A stretch of DNA of 64,000 nt from the human T2T-CHM13v2.0 reference genome, Homo sapiens: the NCBI RefSeq assembly GCF_009914755.1, contig NC_060925.1; one strand, given 5' to 3'. Positions 12,098-28,407 of this stretch are shown here, one piece after another (the first letter of the stretch is position 1; the number at the start of each line of letters is the position of its first letter). Under the pieces are notes generated by a model. That model was not told where the DNA came from and made no database searches. It worked only from the letters and a program-made list of their open reading frames with translations. The position numbers and the translations under genes were made by a program.

Positions 12098-13009
12098 GAT
12101 GGAAAATGCTACTCAGAGGTCTGCCGTAGGACAGAGCAGAGAACTGGAAATATGTCTTTCCTGGCTCCTGCGCATCCAAAGTGGCTAGGATGGGGTGGGC
12201 TTTTCTTAGCTGTTGGTGCTCACACCATGCTGGGCACAGGGTTTGTCAGATACCATGGAGCATCCTCCTGGCCTCTGCCCAACAGCAGCTGCTCCCCCAC
12301 CCTGGGACCCAAAGAGGGACAAGAAAACCCTCTTTATCTGGACAGACAGTACAAAGCCCCGTTGCCATAGCAGCAACAACCATTTCCTCCAGCTCTGATC
12401 CGGGGCAGAAGCTCAGCTGGGCCTGGGCCCAGGCCCGGAGAGGCCAGGAGCAGAGGTCAACCTTGGATGTGGGAGGTCTGAGTCACTGAAGCCCCAGCAA
12501 TGCACCAACAGAGGAACAGAAGCTGGCAGTCACCAAGGCTGCCTTCCTTGTCATCATTCAAAGCCGGGCTGGGGGGCAGCCAGGGGCTATGGACTGGGCC
12601 AGGGCTTGGGACCCCAGTGGCTGAAGCAGGGCTGCCCAGATGTTTAAACCTTTCATAACCTGGATGGCACAGGAGTCTGGCCTTGCAGGGGGTTATGGAG
12701 CCCTGGAGGAACTGGTGGGGAGGAAGGAGCCAAATTACCTGAGCAGGCCCTGAAATATTAGTGGTGCCAAAGAGTTTAGAAACTCCTAAATTTGTGAAAA
12801 GGAGGAGCCCAACAGCATCTCCCTGCCAGCTGGTCTCTCTCCTTTATCTGTTGAGCCCTACGGGGAATGGGACGTGGCGGAGGAAGGTTGGAAGGACTAA
12901 GGGTGATTTCCAGGGCTTCCAGGAACTGAAATGGGCTTAATGGAAGGGTCAAGACTCAGCACCTGGCTTTTCCCCATCAGGGAACAGAGGTGCTCCAGGC
13001 TGTGAAGTC

Positions 13010-13226
13010 ACGGATGGAATTCAGTCTTACTTCTGCCAAATGCTGTTTGAAAGTGTCCAGAATGCTTGCCTCTGAGGCTCAGTGCCCTCCCATCTGTAAG
13101 ATGGGAATGCTAATGCTTATCTCAGAATGTTTTGGGGAACATTAAATGAGATAATGCATGCAAAGTGCTAGAAACAATGTTGGCCACAGGAAGTACTCAA
13201 TAAACAATGGTTACTAATAGTATTAT
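13010..13226 (+). mobile_element. MIR
   Basis: cctctgaggctcagtgccctcccatctgtaagatggg...attaaatgagataatgcatgcaaagtgct...ctcaataaa. Confidence 0.85.
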
Positions 13227-13310
13227 TATTAGGCGGAACCAGATAAAAATGCCATTTTTGTAAGTCAGAAGTGATCACATATCAGCAATTTCATCTGGTC
13301 CAACCTGATA
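13227..13310. mobile_element. MADE2 (mariner-derived MITE)
   Basis: ~80-bp element with TIRs tattaggcggaaccagataaaaatgcc / gcaatttcatctggtccaacctgata and TA flanks. Confidence 0.8.
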
Positions 13311-13344
13311 TTGATGGGTGTGATGACCCCTGCATTGGGCTGGG

Positions 13345-13700
13345 GCTATGGTGTGGCGTTGAGAGCTCAGGCTCCGGAGTCATACTGCTTGGCCCCAGTC
13401 CCAGTTCCACAACTCACTCTCTTGGGTGACCTTGAGCTAGTCATTCACCCTGTTTATACACCTATTTTCTCCTCTGTAAAACAGGAATATGGATGTGTTG
13501 TTGTGTGGATCACATAGGTGAAGCACTTAGAAGGATACCTGGCACAGAGCTGGTGCCAAGTGAATGTTTGCTAAATGGATAAATGTGGTCAGCTGGGAGG
13601 GGATGATTCTTATTCCATTTACAAGGGAGGAGATAAGGAATTTGCCCAGGTCACACACCTGGGGATGGTATAGCCCTGAGACCAGTGAGTGCTTTTGCTG
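13345..13700. mobile_element. MIR fragments
   Basis: gtgaccttgag...ctctgtaaaacagg...gcacttagaaggatacctggcacag (plus), then attccatttacaa...tttgcccaggtcacac (minus). Confidence 0.7.
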
Positions 13701-13955
13701 TTGCTCTGCCTACTTGTACCCTGCAGCCTCCTGCCCTGTCCAGCCCAGTCTATATCTCCATTCTGATGATGGTCCAGCTGTCTTTCCAGCCAGCTGGTCA
13801 GCTAGTCAGACCTACTTGACTCACCTATCAGTTCTCCCATGTACGTACGCATCTCCTTTCCTTCCTCCATGTTTCATAAAACTAACTTCTGTTGGATGTT
13901 TGAACTTGGTTGAGATGATCTAGAAACCTAGAAATATCTCTTAAAAGTCAAATTT

Positions 13956-16620
<2,665 letters not shown>

Positions 16621-16624
16621 ATTT

Positions 16625-17310
16625 CTTGATTCCTTTTTCTTTTGCCCCCAACTCCATCCAACCTATCAACCTTTGTGATTAAACCTACAAAATATATCAA
16701 GAATATGAGCACTTCTTACCATTTTGTCTGTCACAGCTTTCTTGCCTGGATACAACCACCACCTCCTCAATGGTGTCCCTGATTCTGCTTTTGTCCCCTG
16801 TGGCCCCTCCTCCAAAGAGCAGCTGAAGTCATCTTTCTATTTAAATTAGAACAAAATCCAAACATCTAACCACAGTCTAGGGGGTTCTATAAGAAGTGGC
16901 CCCTGCTCTCCTCTCTGACCTCATTCCCCTCACTTGCTGCACCTCAGCCATAGTAGTCTTCCTGCTGTTTCTCAAACATGCTGAAGTTCAGCATTCCCAC
17001 CTTGGGGCCTTTACACTTGCATTTCCTCTGTCTAACTGTCTGCTTCCTTTGTCTTGTTCCAGTTTTACCTCACATGTCACCCTGTCATGGAGGCCTTCCC
17101 TGACCCTCTGAGCTAATGCAGACCTGCCAGTTACCCTCTAACTTGTTATTCCTATTTTATATTCTTCACAGCACTTCCTGGTGCCTAAAATTATCTTTTT
17201 TACTTATGTATTTATTTTCTATCTCTCCCCACGAGTAGTCAGGGATTCTATCTATGTTGTGTACTAGATTAATGTGTAGTATATGGTAGTTTCTCATTAA
17301 GTGTTTGCTA
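16625..17310 (+). mobile_element. L2 fragment
   Basis: catccaacctatcaacc...ttagaacaaaatccaaac...ggaggccttccctgacc. Confidence 0.75.
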
Positions 17311-17421
17311 ACCAACTTCTTCCTGCCCTATGATCGTATGAGTCTGAGTGAGATACTCTTCCCAAAGTATCCCTCAACAACCAGACGAGCTTCTTGAAAG
17401 AGTCCTTGTTTCATACCTGTT

Positions 17422-17729
17422 TGTTTGCTTATTTATGTATTTATTTAGAGATACAGTCTCGCTCTGTCACCCAGGCTTGAGTGCAGTGGTGCAGTCTCAG
17501 CTCGTTGCAACTGCCCGCCTCCTGAGCTCAAGCAGTCCCCATACCTCAGCCTCCTGAATAGCTGGGACTACAGGTGCATGCCATCATGTCTGGCTAATTT
17601 TTGTATTTTTGTAGACACAAGGTTTCACCATGTTGCCCAAGTTGGTCTCAAACTCCTGGGCTCAAGCAATCTGCCCACCTCAGCCTCCCAAAGTGCTGGG
17701 ATTACAGGTGTGAGCCACCATGCCCAGCC
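17422..17729 (-). mobile_element. AluJ (Jb-like)
   Basis: Full antisense Alu with a perfect 16-bp TSD ttgtttcatacctgtt. Confidence 0.95.
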
Positions 17730-17839
17730 TTGTTTCATACCTGTTGAGTCTACCTCTTGAATTCCCAGGAACTCCCTACCTGACTACAATTTGCCTTTGG
17801 CTGCCATCACTTTTCTTTGGTAAAGGCAATCAATGTTCT

Positions 17840-18980
17840 CCTTATGACAAGCCCGGTTTTATACTACTGGAGATAGCAATTGCTTTTGCTGCAATTGACT
17901 CCTTCTGTCATAAACTTGTTTCCCCCTTGGCTTCTGGACATCGCATATTACTAGTTCTTCTATCTGTCTGACTGTTCCTTTTTACTGTCATTGGTAGACT
18001 ATTGTTTCTTTTTCCTATCCATAAATGTTAGTGCTCCCTAGAGTTATAGCATGGGCTCACTACCTGCTCATCTAACCTCTTGGCTTCCTGCAAAGCCCTT
18101 GATTCAACAACTATTTATGGGGCTCCCAGGAGATGCCAGACATTGAATTGGGTACTGGGAAAATATTGATGAGAAAGACAAGCACGGTACTTGTCCTCTT
18201 GGAGCTCACAGATTAGTAAACATCATGAGGCCGGAGACTTTGTTTTGTTCATTGCTGCTTCCTCAGCAACTAAAATAATGGTAAACATGCAACACATATG
18301 TGTTAAGTCAGTGCATAAATGGTATAAAGAGACAATAAGCAAGAACTATACAAATATATATAATTATGATAATAAGTGCTATACTGGGGAAGTACCAGGT
18401 AGTACTAGGAGTGTGTAAGTCCAGAAAACCTAGTCTAGTTGGGGTTGGGAGACTTGGGAGACCTCAGTACAGAGACATATAGGCTTAGCCATGAGGATGG
18501 GAGGAGTTGGTAAGTCCAGCGCGACTGCTGGCAGATTAGAAGATCTGGTGGCGAGATGTGGAGGACATTCCCAATCTGATGCTTTCTGTCTCTTTGTGAA
18601 CTATAAGAAAAGTTTATCTGCTGAGAGTGAGGGGGTGAAGGGGACATTAGAGGTTTGAAAACAGAGGCAAATGTATAGAGTGTGGGACGTGTAGGGTGAG
18701 TTCAAATGTAGTAGATTTTCTTTTGGAGGTAGGTGATCATTGATTCATGATGGCTTCAGGTTGCCCAGTGGTGTGATTTCTTCAACACATTCAGCCTCTT
18801 GGGTCAAGCTGCTGAGAAGACGGATAGTTGGTTTTATTCAAAGCTGGGCTCTTATGATGTCAGTAATGGCCAGAGGGATGGGCAAGAGAGTTGGGGACAT
18901 TTGAACGGAGGGACTATAATGACAAACTCTGAAATCTAAGCCAGATAAGGAGGAAAATTAAGTCATGGGGGAGAGTGACA
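17840..18980. mobile_element. Highly diverged L2 fragments (both orientations)
   Basis: cccttggcttctggaca...; ttcaacaactatttat...ggagctcacag... Confidence 0.5.
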
Positions 18981-18983
18981 GGC

Positions 18984-19007
18984 AAAAAAAAAAAAAAAAA
19001 AAAAAAA
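18984..19007 (+). repeat. A24 homopolymer
   Basis: Direct reading. No adjacent Alu or L1 body. Confidence 0.95.
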
Positions 19008-19009
19008 CT

Positions 19010-19855
19010 TGCTTTGGCTGGGGACAGCTCAGTTACAAATACTCACTTCCCTATATGCCCTTTCACTCAGAGTGGCCATTAGGAACAGTTCTGGCCAATG
19101 AGATGTCAGCAGAAGTTGCTGAGTGAGACTTCTATGAAGGCTGTTGAAAGTGGAAAAACTCATCTGGGATGTGCCTTCTTCTCTTTGTCCTTCTTTATCG
19201 CTAGAATGAGATGAAGGGGCTAGAGTGGAGCCTTCCATCTTGAGATCATGCATGTATCTGGTAACCCTTGCCGTAATAACGCTGCCAAACAAACTACCCC
19301 CCAAACGCAGCTTCCCATGAATCTCCTGGTTGCCTGTGATTCGGCTGCTCTAGGCCAGGCTGGGTTGTTCAGCTTTGCTTCAGGCTGTGGCAGCTGGGGA
19401 GGTGCTGCTCCAGGCATCTCTCATCCTCCTTCTGGGGCATGTTCTTCTCATGGGCAATGGAGGAAGCCCAAGAGAACAAGTGGAAATGCAGAGTCTCTTA
19501 AGGCCTAAGCTTAGAACTGGTACACAGTCATTTTCTGCCTCATCTTGTTGGTCAAAGCATGGCGAAACCCAAAGCCAGGAGGTGGAGACATTTATTTGTC
19601 TCCTTTAGTGGGAAGAACTGCAAAGTCAAATGATAACAGATGGGCAGCAGGGAGGGGTCAAGCACTGGGGTTGGTAATGCAAGGGACTACAAGAAGCACG
19701 AAAGCCACCCTCAAAACACAGCAGACCAGGAAGCCAGCGGAGTTTGATGACTTCCTTAAGCTGCTGTCGTCTGTCTATATCTTGTTAGGGGAGGAAAAAT
19801 AGGTTCCTTTTTGGTTAAGCTGACTTAGTTGGATTTCCAGTAAAAGACAATTTCA
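19010..19855 (+). mobile_element. ERVL LTR (LTR16-like), split by a MaLR insertion
   Basis: gtggcc...cagttctggccaatgagatgtcagcagaagt; 3' part ttgatgacttccttaagctgctg...ggttaagctgacttagttggattt. Confidence 0.55.
19253..19691 (-). mobile_element. MLT1 (H/J-like) MaLR LTR
   Basis: gggcatgttcttctcatgg...taaggcctaagcttagaactggtacac...gtgggaagaactgcaaagtca. Confidence 0.7.
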
Positions 19856-19861
19856 AAGCTA

Positions 19862-21080
<1,219 letters not shown>

Positions 21081-21877
21081 AGTGTTGGCTGAATCTGAAA
21101 TCACAGTCTGCACAAGAAGCCAATCATGAAATACCTGCTTTGTCTCTCAGATGCATGAATATGAAAATGGATTTCTGAAGCTGGCAGGGTGGGGGAGCTG
21201 GCCCAGGGGATAAGAATCAGGCTGCCCCAAGAGAAGAGGTGGAGGTTCCCCAAGGGGAGCCCAGCTGCAAAGTGGGGTCCTCTTATCCACATCAACGGGA
21301 TGGGCTTGGTTGTTGTGGGGACCAAAACATCCTTGCATCGCTCTCTGCCTCTGAGGTCCCTCAGGTGCCTGAGTGTGGGACAGCGAGCGGTTGTGGATGT
21401 CGAGCAGAGAGGCCTGGGGGGAGGGAAGGCCAGATGGCAAGATGGGGGCGGTGAGAACACCAAGGAGGGGTTGGCAGCAGCTGGGAAGATCAATGCCTTT
21501 CCCCTCTCCGTGTTTGCCTGTGTTGCTATCCCTGCTCAGATGAAAGAAATTCAAATGGTTATTGATTCTCGCTGAGGGGAGAATGTGGGGATCTGGTCTG
21601 GCTCCGTTACAGCTGCCCCAGCACCAGCCCGGCTAGTCCCAGTCCCAGCCTCAGTTGGAATTGAAGCCTCGCCACCCTGGATCCTGCCTCCACCTTAGTC
21701 CCAGCCCCAGCCCAGCACCTACCCTAGCCTTTAACTTGGGGCAGCAATGCACACAGTTAAAAATACTCACTTCCCTACACCTGCCTTCATTTGTAGGGCC
21801 AAGGAGATATAAACAGAAGTCGCTGAGATATAAGCCCAGACCCCCACCTCAATCCCAGGGGACGAGGAAAGGCAGAC

Positions 21878-22070
21878 CAGAGGTCGGAAAACTATGGGGC
21901 GTCAGGTCCAATTCCAGCCTGCAGCCCGGGCCCTTGAGCTAAGAATGATTTTTACATTTTTCAAAGGGTTGTAAAGAAAAACAAGAGTATGGAACAGAGA
22001 ACATACAGGACTAAAAACGCCTAAAATATTTCCTACCTGGGCTTTTACCGCCAAAGTTTGCCAAGCTCTG
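21878..22070. mobile_element. MER58A (hAT-Charlie)
   Basis: cagaggtcggaaaactatgg...gagctaagaatgatttttacatttt...cctaaaatatttcctacctgg...aaagtttgccaagctctg. Confidence 0.85.
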
Positions 22071-22696
22071 GTTGAGACTGTTTTCCTGCTTGTGACTTTG
22101 CAGGTGAATTTCCCCCAAGTCTAAGCATTAAGAGCTAAAAGCCCAGGGTGGCCTCCCACAGGTCTCAGCCAGAGTCTATAATCTCAGCCCCCTGAGGGGC
22201 AGGGAAGGGAGCCCATCTTCTCAGTGAGAGCCAAGGCTGCTTTGCAAGGGCTGTTTTGGTCTCTGTGTCCACCCCCATCCCCAAAGCCTCCTCATCCTCT
22301 GGGCTGGGACATCCCAAGATGCTTCGACCATGGTGGCCAGTGAAGGAATGGGCAACTTCCCAGAAGCTGTTCTGGGGAGCAATGACCCCAGGGTACTGCG
22401 TCAGGATGTTGTGTGTCCCCTAGGGCAGGCTCCTGAGGACTGGGAGTTGTCTTGACCTCTCAGCGGCCTTCAGCTTTGTTAGCATGGGTTGCCAAACTCC
22501 CGAGGCCGTAGGGGTCAGGACAAGGGCTGTGTTCCAGATGCTGTCATCACTGCTGGGTGACCTTGGGCCAACTACTAAACCCCTCTAAACTTCAGCCCTC
22601 TGTGCTTTAAAATGGAGATGACCATAACTACCTGTGAGAGTCATTTTAAGTATTTTTTTCTTGGTTCTGTATCAGTATTTAGTAAAGAGATATACC

Positions 22697-22720
22697 AAAA
22701 AAAAAAAAAAAAAAAAAAAA
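22697..22720 (+). repeat. A24 homopolymer
   Basis: Direct reading. AGTAAA lies at 22681-22686. Confidence 0.95.
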
Positions 22721-23039
22721 GCATGCTATCTGAATTTCTGGCTTGCAAAGAACAGACATCACAATGTAAACCCAGAGAGCCCTGGATGGGAACTGGAAGA
22801 CCCAAGCTCTCATTCCTTCTCTTTGAGCTGTGGCACCTTGGGCAGGGCCTTGCCAAAGTTTGCAGAGTGGACGTGAAGATGATATAATTTGTCAATACAA
22901 GGAAAGGTTTGATGGTGACGGTTACACTTGGAAGATATGTTTCTGGAACAGCACCCTTCTTGGGGCCAGCTGCTTTTCCAGAAAAGGCCAGAGCTGGGGA
23001 CTGAGTTGCTGAGCTCACAAGTGACCCCACCCCTGCCGG

Positions 23040-23345
23040 ATGTGCAGGAATCAGCAGGAAGATGCATCGATCGCCATTGGCAGCTGGGCCACGTGGACTG
23101 CCTATTGATTTGAGGCCTGCCTCTCCCTACCTCTTCCCCAGCCCTCCCCCAGCGGGCCTCATGAGTCCCTCTTGCCTTCTGCCTCTGACAGCACAGGGGA
23201 GGGGAGGGGAGAGCAGGGGGAGGCCAAGAAATCTCCCTGATCCCTCGACAAAGAGATCTGGCAGCTGCATGTAATTCGGGACTCTGATAATCCCTAATCC
23301 CTAATCCGCCTCCATTTGCACATAAATGCAGTGCCTGGCTTCTGA
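23040..23345. promoter_or_regulatory. Candidate enhancer: 3x TAATCC with ONECUT, SOX and E-box sites
   Basis: TAATCC at 23288, 23295 and 23302; TATTGATTT 23103; ATCGAT 23066; CACGTG 23090; CAGCTG twice; ACAAAG 23248. Confidence 0.5.
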
Positions 23346-23789
23346 CCCCAGGGGTCCTGGGAGCCGTTTGGGGGGTTTGTCCCCCTTTATTTGCTTTGTG
23401 AGTCTTCATTGGCTGAAAATCCCCTGGCCTCCTGGTCACTGAAAGGAAGAGGATTCCCCAAAGACATCACTTTCTCAGGATGGAAGAGAATTCCTGCAAA
23501 TGGGACTTTTAATATTCAGAGCTAGATCCCCAGAAAGGCTGAGGAGGTGCCCACAGGCTTGGCACTCCTGGCTGTGCTGTGGCTGCAGGGCCTTGGTTTG
23601 CTGGACCCTTGGAGCTGGCATAGGAGGTGGGAGGTGATGGTCCTGGGGAAACCCCAAACGGGGACACAAAACAGGGCATCTCAGAAATCAGAGCTGGAGA
23701 ACTTGCAGCTGGGAAGAGACAGGCCCTTGACGGTCTAACTTCGGGCAGAAATAGCTGTAGACACAGAGGTACTTGTCTATGTCTCTAAC

Positions 23790-24150
23790 ATTATTGAGAA
23801 CTTACTATGTGCCTGGGACAGTACTCAGTATTTTACAAACACTGTCATATTATGCCATAACAACTTCTCAAAATTAAGCAGCTAAGATTATCCCTGTTTA
23901 ACCAGTAACAAAGCTGAAGCTCAGAAAGCTAAAGTGAGGTGCTCGGTATCAGTGTTAGTAAGTGTCTGCGTGGCTTTGTATCACTCTGGATGCAGAGTGC
24001 TTCCACACTGCTGACTGCCTTGATGTCTCCCATTGCTGGCCCATCCCTTAGACAAGGGAGGACTTCCAGGTCCTTCGAGTAGAGTGATTAAGAACTTAAG
24101 CTCTGGAGTCAGATTGCTTGGGTTCGAATCTTAGCTCCACAACTTGACAT
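23790..24150. mobile_element. MIR fragments
   Basis: attattgagaacttactatgtgcctgggaca...gctgaagctcagaaag (minus); gctctggagtcagattgcttgggttcgaatcttagctcc (plus). Confidence 0.8.
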
Positions 24151-24709
24151 GGCCAATATGGCAGAGGGTGAAGGGCAGGGCTGCCCCCCCGCCATAGACT
24201 TGGGCAAGAGATGCCCCTGCCCTGAGCTCTGGGCTTTAAAAGGAGCTTCTCTAGCCCTCCTCAGCCCCACTCCTCTTCTGGATAAGCAACTCTTGCATCT
24301 AGGGGTTGCTCTCACCTGGAACCCTACTTTTCATTCTAGATGAAGATCATATTCCAGGTACCTGGAATACCAGGGTTTCCTGTCCCAGTGCCCCTGAACC
24401 CACTTCCAGGGCCTCTGTGGGCCTCTTCCCTGGGTCCATCCTCCTAGAGCAGGCCACAGTGCGAGGCGTGGGCAAAAGGCAGCTGCTTGCAGGTGTTGGG
24501 GTATTTTGTGAACAGAGAAGGGCTCTGGCCAGTGTGGAGCTTTGCAGAATCCAAGGATCTAAGTGCAAGTCTGGACTTGCAAGTCCTTGTGAATTTATAT
24601 TTGTCAAAGTCTTTCATTCAACATATTTAGAATTTTTAATTGTTTAGACTTGTGGTACATGGTCCTCCATTTGTGTCCTGCAAGTGTTCAGGGTGGTCTA
24701 GCCCTAGCA

Positions 24710-25470
24710 CAGGGTCTGCTTGCCTGGGTTCAGATTCTGGGTTCTGCTCCTTTGTAGCTATGTGACCTTGAGTAAGTTACTAAATTCCTCTGTGATTCCT
24801 ATTTTTTCATCTGTAAAATAACAGCTCATAGGATTGTTGCAAGAATTAGGAAAAATTATACATGCAAAGTGCTTAGAAATACTGCCTGGAATGTAGTAAA
24901 CGCTGGCTTGGATTTAGCTCTTATTCCCATTTCAGAAGGGCTGCATTTAGAGAGATTCAGTTTAACTTCCTGTGACCCTGGGTGGCAGAGCAAAGGTCAG
25001 GAGGGACACTAAGCATTGCAGTTGAGCTCTGGGCCTTTACCACTCTCTCGCTGTATAACTTATGCAAATTTCTTATCCTCTCTGCGTCTTTTTCCCTGTG
25101 TCTAAAATGGGGATAATCTGAACCACCTCAAACTGGAGAGTAGTTAAGAATTAAATAAAAAATATCTGGCAATGCGTGGCACAGTATCCAGCACATGGTA
25201 GTTTACAATTGCTCAGTTTTACTCTCATAACATCCCCATTTCTTCTCATTATCTTTCCTACCTTCTGTTTTCACTCCTCACTCAGATTCATAGTCATTTG
25301 CTTCTGAATGAATAGATTAAATATCTGTACAATCACAGGGGATGGGTTTTCCAGATTGGGAAACTGAGGCTTGGGGAGGGAAGTGATTTTCCCACGGTTA
25401 CACAGTGATGGGTGGAAGAGCCGGGGCTTGGGCCGTGAGTCATGGAGTAGAGTCCTGGAGAGGGGACAGT
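24710..25470. mobile_element. Cluster of MIR copies
   Basis: gtgaccttgagtaagttactaaattcctctgtg...catctgtaaaata; tctaaaatggggataat; cagattgggaaactgaggctt. Confidence 0.8.
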
Positions 25471-25799
25471 ACGGCACCGTGAGTGGTGCTCATATATGAG
25501 CCATGCAGTGGTCACAGATCTCCAGGGGGTGGGGAGCCTTAGAGATCCCCCTTTTACAATTGGCAAGACAGATCCTCAAGGCCATGAAGGGACCTTGTGC
25601 AGTTGACCCCTCTCTCTGCTATCAGTTTCAGGCTTTTGAAAGCCTGGTAAGTAAGCTTTCGTAAAACCAGGCCTGGCTTTGAGCAGGTTCATCTTCAGTT
25701 TCTCGCTGCCTCCCAACGGATGGGGCAGAAGAGCGACGAGAAGATTGGTACCTTCCCTCCCTGGATTGGACACCGGTTTCTAGAATTCCCTGAGGGGCT

Positions 25800-26115
25800 A
25801 ACCTCTAATTTCAATATGTTAATGTGTGGAATCTAATGGCACATTTATTGCTTATGGAGATGCTAGTTATTTACATGGAAACTGATTTATCTATTAGATA
25901 ATTAGTAAACTTCAATAATTGCAAAAACCTTTTAGCAATCAGTTGACATTTAATTAACATACAATAACTGTCTTATTAAATCTACATTAAATGCCTATTG
26001 GAGTTAATTAAAACTCATACCTACAACTCCACATTCTTTGGGAATCCTCATTAAAGCCCACCAGTAAGAATGTAGATGAAAAAATTCCCTGGAAAGGGGT
26101 TTCTAATGGAGTTGC
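25800..26115. promoter_or_regulatory. Candidate conserved homeodomain-rich enhancer
   Basis: Very AT-rich repeat-free island with TGATTTAT 25883, TATTTAC 25868, TGACA 25944, TTAATTAA 25950 and 26004, and many TAAT/ATTA cores. Confidence 0.5.
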
Positions 26116-26247
26116 TTGAATGGTACTGAAACATTTATTCAGTGCCTTCTATGTACTTTAAACAATGGAAAGCTAGACAGAAATATGCCTTGCCTTCAAG
26201 GAACTTAGAACCTGGTAGTGGTGGGGTGTGGGGATCAATGGAATGGT

Positions 26248-26562
26248 GGTCAGGCATGGTGGCTCATGCCTCTAATCTCAGCATTTTGGGAAGCTAAGGT
26301 GGGAGGACTGCTTGAGCCTAAGAGTTTGAGACCAGCCTGGGCAGCACAGTCAGACCCGGTATCTACAAAAATAAATAAATAAATAAATAAATAAGCCAGG
26401 TGTGGTGGCGCCTCCCTGTAGCCTCAGCTACTCCAGAGGCTGAGGTGGGAGAATCACTTGAGCCTGGGAGGTTGAGGCTGCAGTGAGTCCTGTTTGTGCC
26501 ACTGCTCTCCAGCCTGGGCAACAGAGCAAGATCTTGTCTCAAAACAAACAAACAAAAACAAA
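26248..26562 (+). mobile_element. AluJ
   Basis: ggaggactgcttgagcc...gagtttgagaccagcctgggc; (AAAT)n linker and (AAAC)n tail. Confidence 0.93.
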
Positions 26563-26569
26563 TAGTCAC

Positions 26570-27055
26570 AGAGACAAATGTTGCTCTCCTACTCCAACAG
26601 GTACAATGAAGGGCAGGTAGGTGCTGGGAAAAGCCACAGTATGAGGATTTGCAATTGGAATTGTGTTTAGAGGGAGTCATTCTGGCTGAGGTGAGGAGAA
26701 TGAGCAGGAGGCAGATCCAAGTGCATATGTATAAACCAGGAGGCTGTTGCAGTGGTCCAAGTGAAAGAAGCTGGTAGCTTGAACTGAATGGTAGATAGTA
26801 ATGAGGATAGAAAGACGTTGAAACATTCAACCCTCAATAGGAGCTAGGGGAAGGGAGAGCTAGAGGAGGACTTCTAAGTGTCTGGCTATTGGAATTGGGG
26901 GCTGATGCCATTCATTGGACGTAGAAACACTGAGAGAGGTCCACATTTGGGATGAAGACCAGGAGGTCAGTTTTGGATATGTTGAGGAAGAGATATCCAA
27001 AAAGAGATGTGAAATAAATATATAGGCTTTGAACTCAGAAGAGAAGTTAGGGCCA
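26570..27055 (-). mobile_element. L2 fragment
   Basis: ccaggaggctgttgcagtggtccaagtga...ggtcagttttggatatgttgag. Confidence 0.7.
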
Positions 27056-27309
27056 ACAATTTCACAAATCCTAATGCTTGGGTTTGACTCTGAAGATTCT
27101 GATTTCTTTGGTCTGGTCTGCAGGAGATTCTAAAAGTCGAGTTTGAGAATGAATGGTCTAGAAGTAGAAAGTGTAAGAAAGCAGAAACCTAGAACAGAGA
27201 CTTCATTGCCCACTGCCTTAATCCAGGCATCCCCAGCTGGTGCGGTTCACCTCTTCCAGATCCCATCCTTATCTGCCCATAGATATAAGCTCATATTATC
27301 CTTGATCCT

Positions 27310-27570
27310 GTAAGTAGTAATCATATCACCCTTGTTCCTGAGTGCTTCCTGTGTGCCCAATGCTTTGCTTCTGTTCTCCCATCTGATCTTCATAATGAAA
27401 TGATGAGCTATGTATTATCTCCATTTTAAAGAACAAGGAAGCAGAGGCTCTGAGAGGGGCAGTGTCTTGCTCACGTCACACAGGTGGTATTAAGTGGAAA
27501 CTAGGATTTGAACCCAAAGCCATTGGACTCCAAAGTCCTCATGCTCTAGCACTATTATATACAGCCAGTC
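27310..27570 (-). mobile_element. MIR
   Basis: tattatctccattttaaagaacaaggaagcagaggctctgagaggg...ggatttgaacccaa. Confidence 0.8.
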
Positions 27571-27950
27571 TCACTATAAAGCCAGAGAGAGGCTCTGTAA
27601 CATGCCTGTCTTATAGGTTATAAGTCAAACGAAGGATATGGATGGATTTGTGAATGCCAGCTATTTCCTTGCTCTTTGCTGGAGAAAGAGATGAGGTGTT
27701 TGCTGGTGGACTTCTCCTTTCCCTGTGAACTGCCCTTTGGTTTGGAGCCATAAAAAGCTAACAGAGAAGAAAGAATTAACATCTACTGAGTAGGCCAAGA
27801 AATTATTGTAAAGAACCCCAAACTCATATGTATATTATCGAAACTTGTCCATAAGCCAGCCCTTCTCAAAACATATTCCAGAATTAAATGTTGGTACTTA
27901 GAAAAAAAAAAAAAAGACTTATGTGGTCAAAGAAGTTTAGAAACTGCTAG

Positions 27951-28375
<425 letters not shown>

Positions 28376-28407
28376 TTCCTTTTTCTTTTTTTAACAGAGT
28401 ATCCAGG

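Noticed and set aside
22810-23439. 209-aa ORF on the minus strand
   Set aside because: Non-ATG start, no recognisable domain. Consistent with a chance frame in GC-rich DNA.
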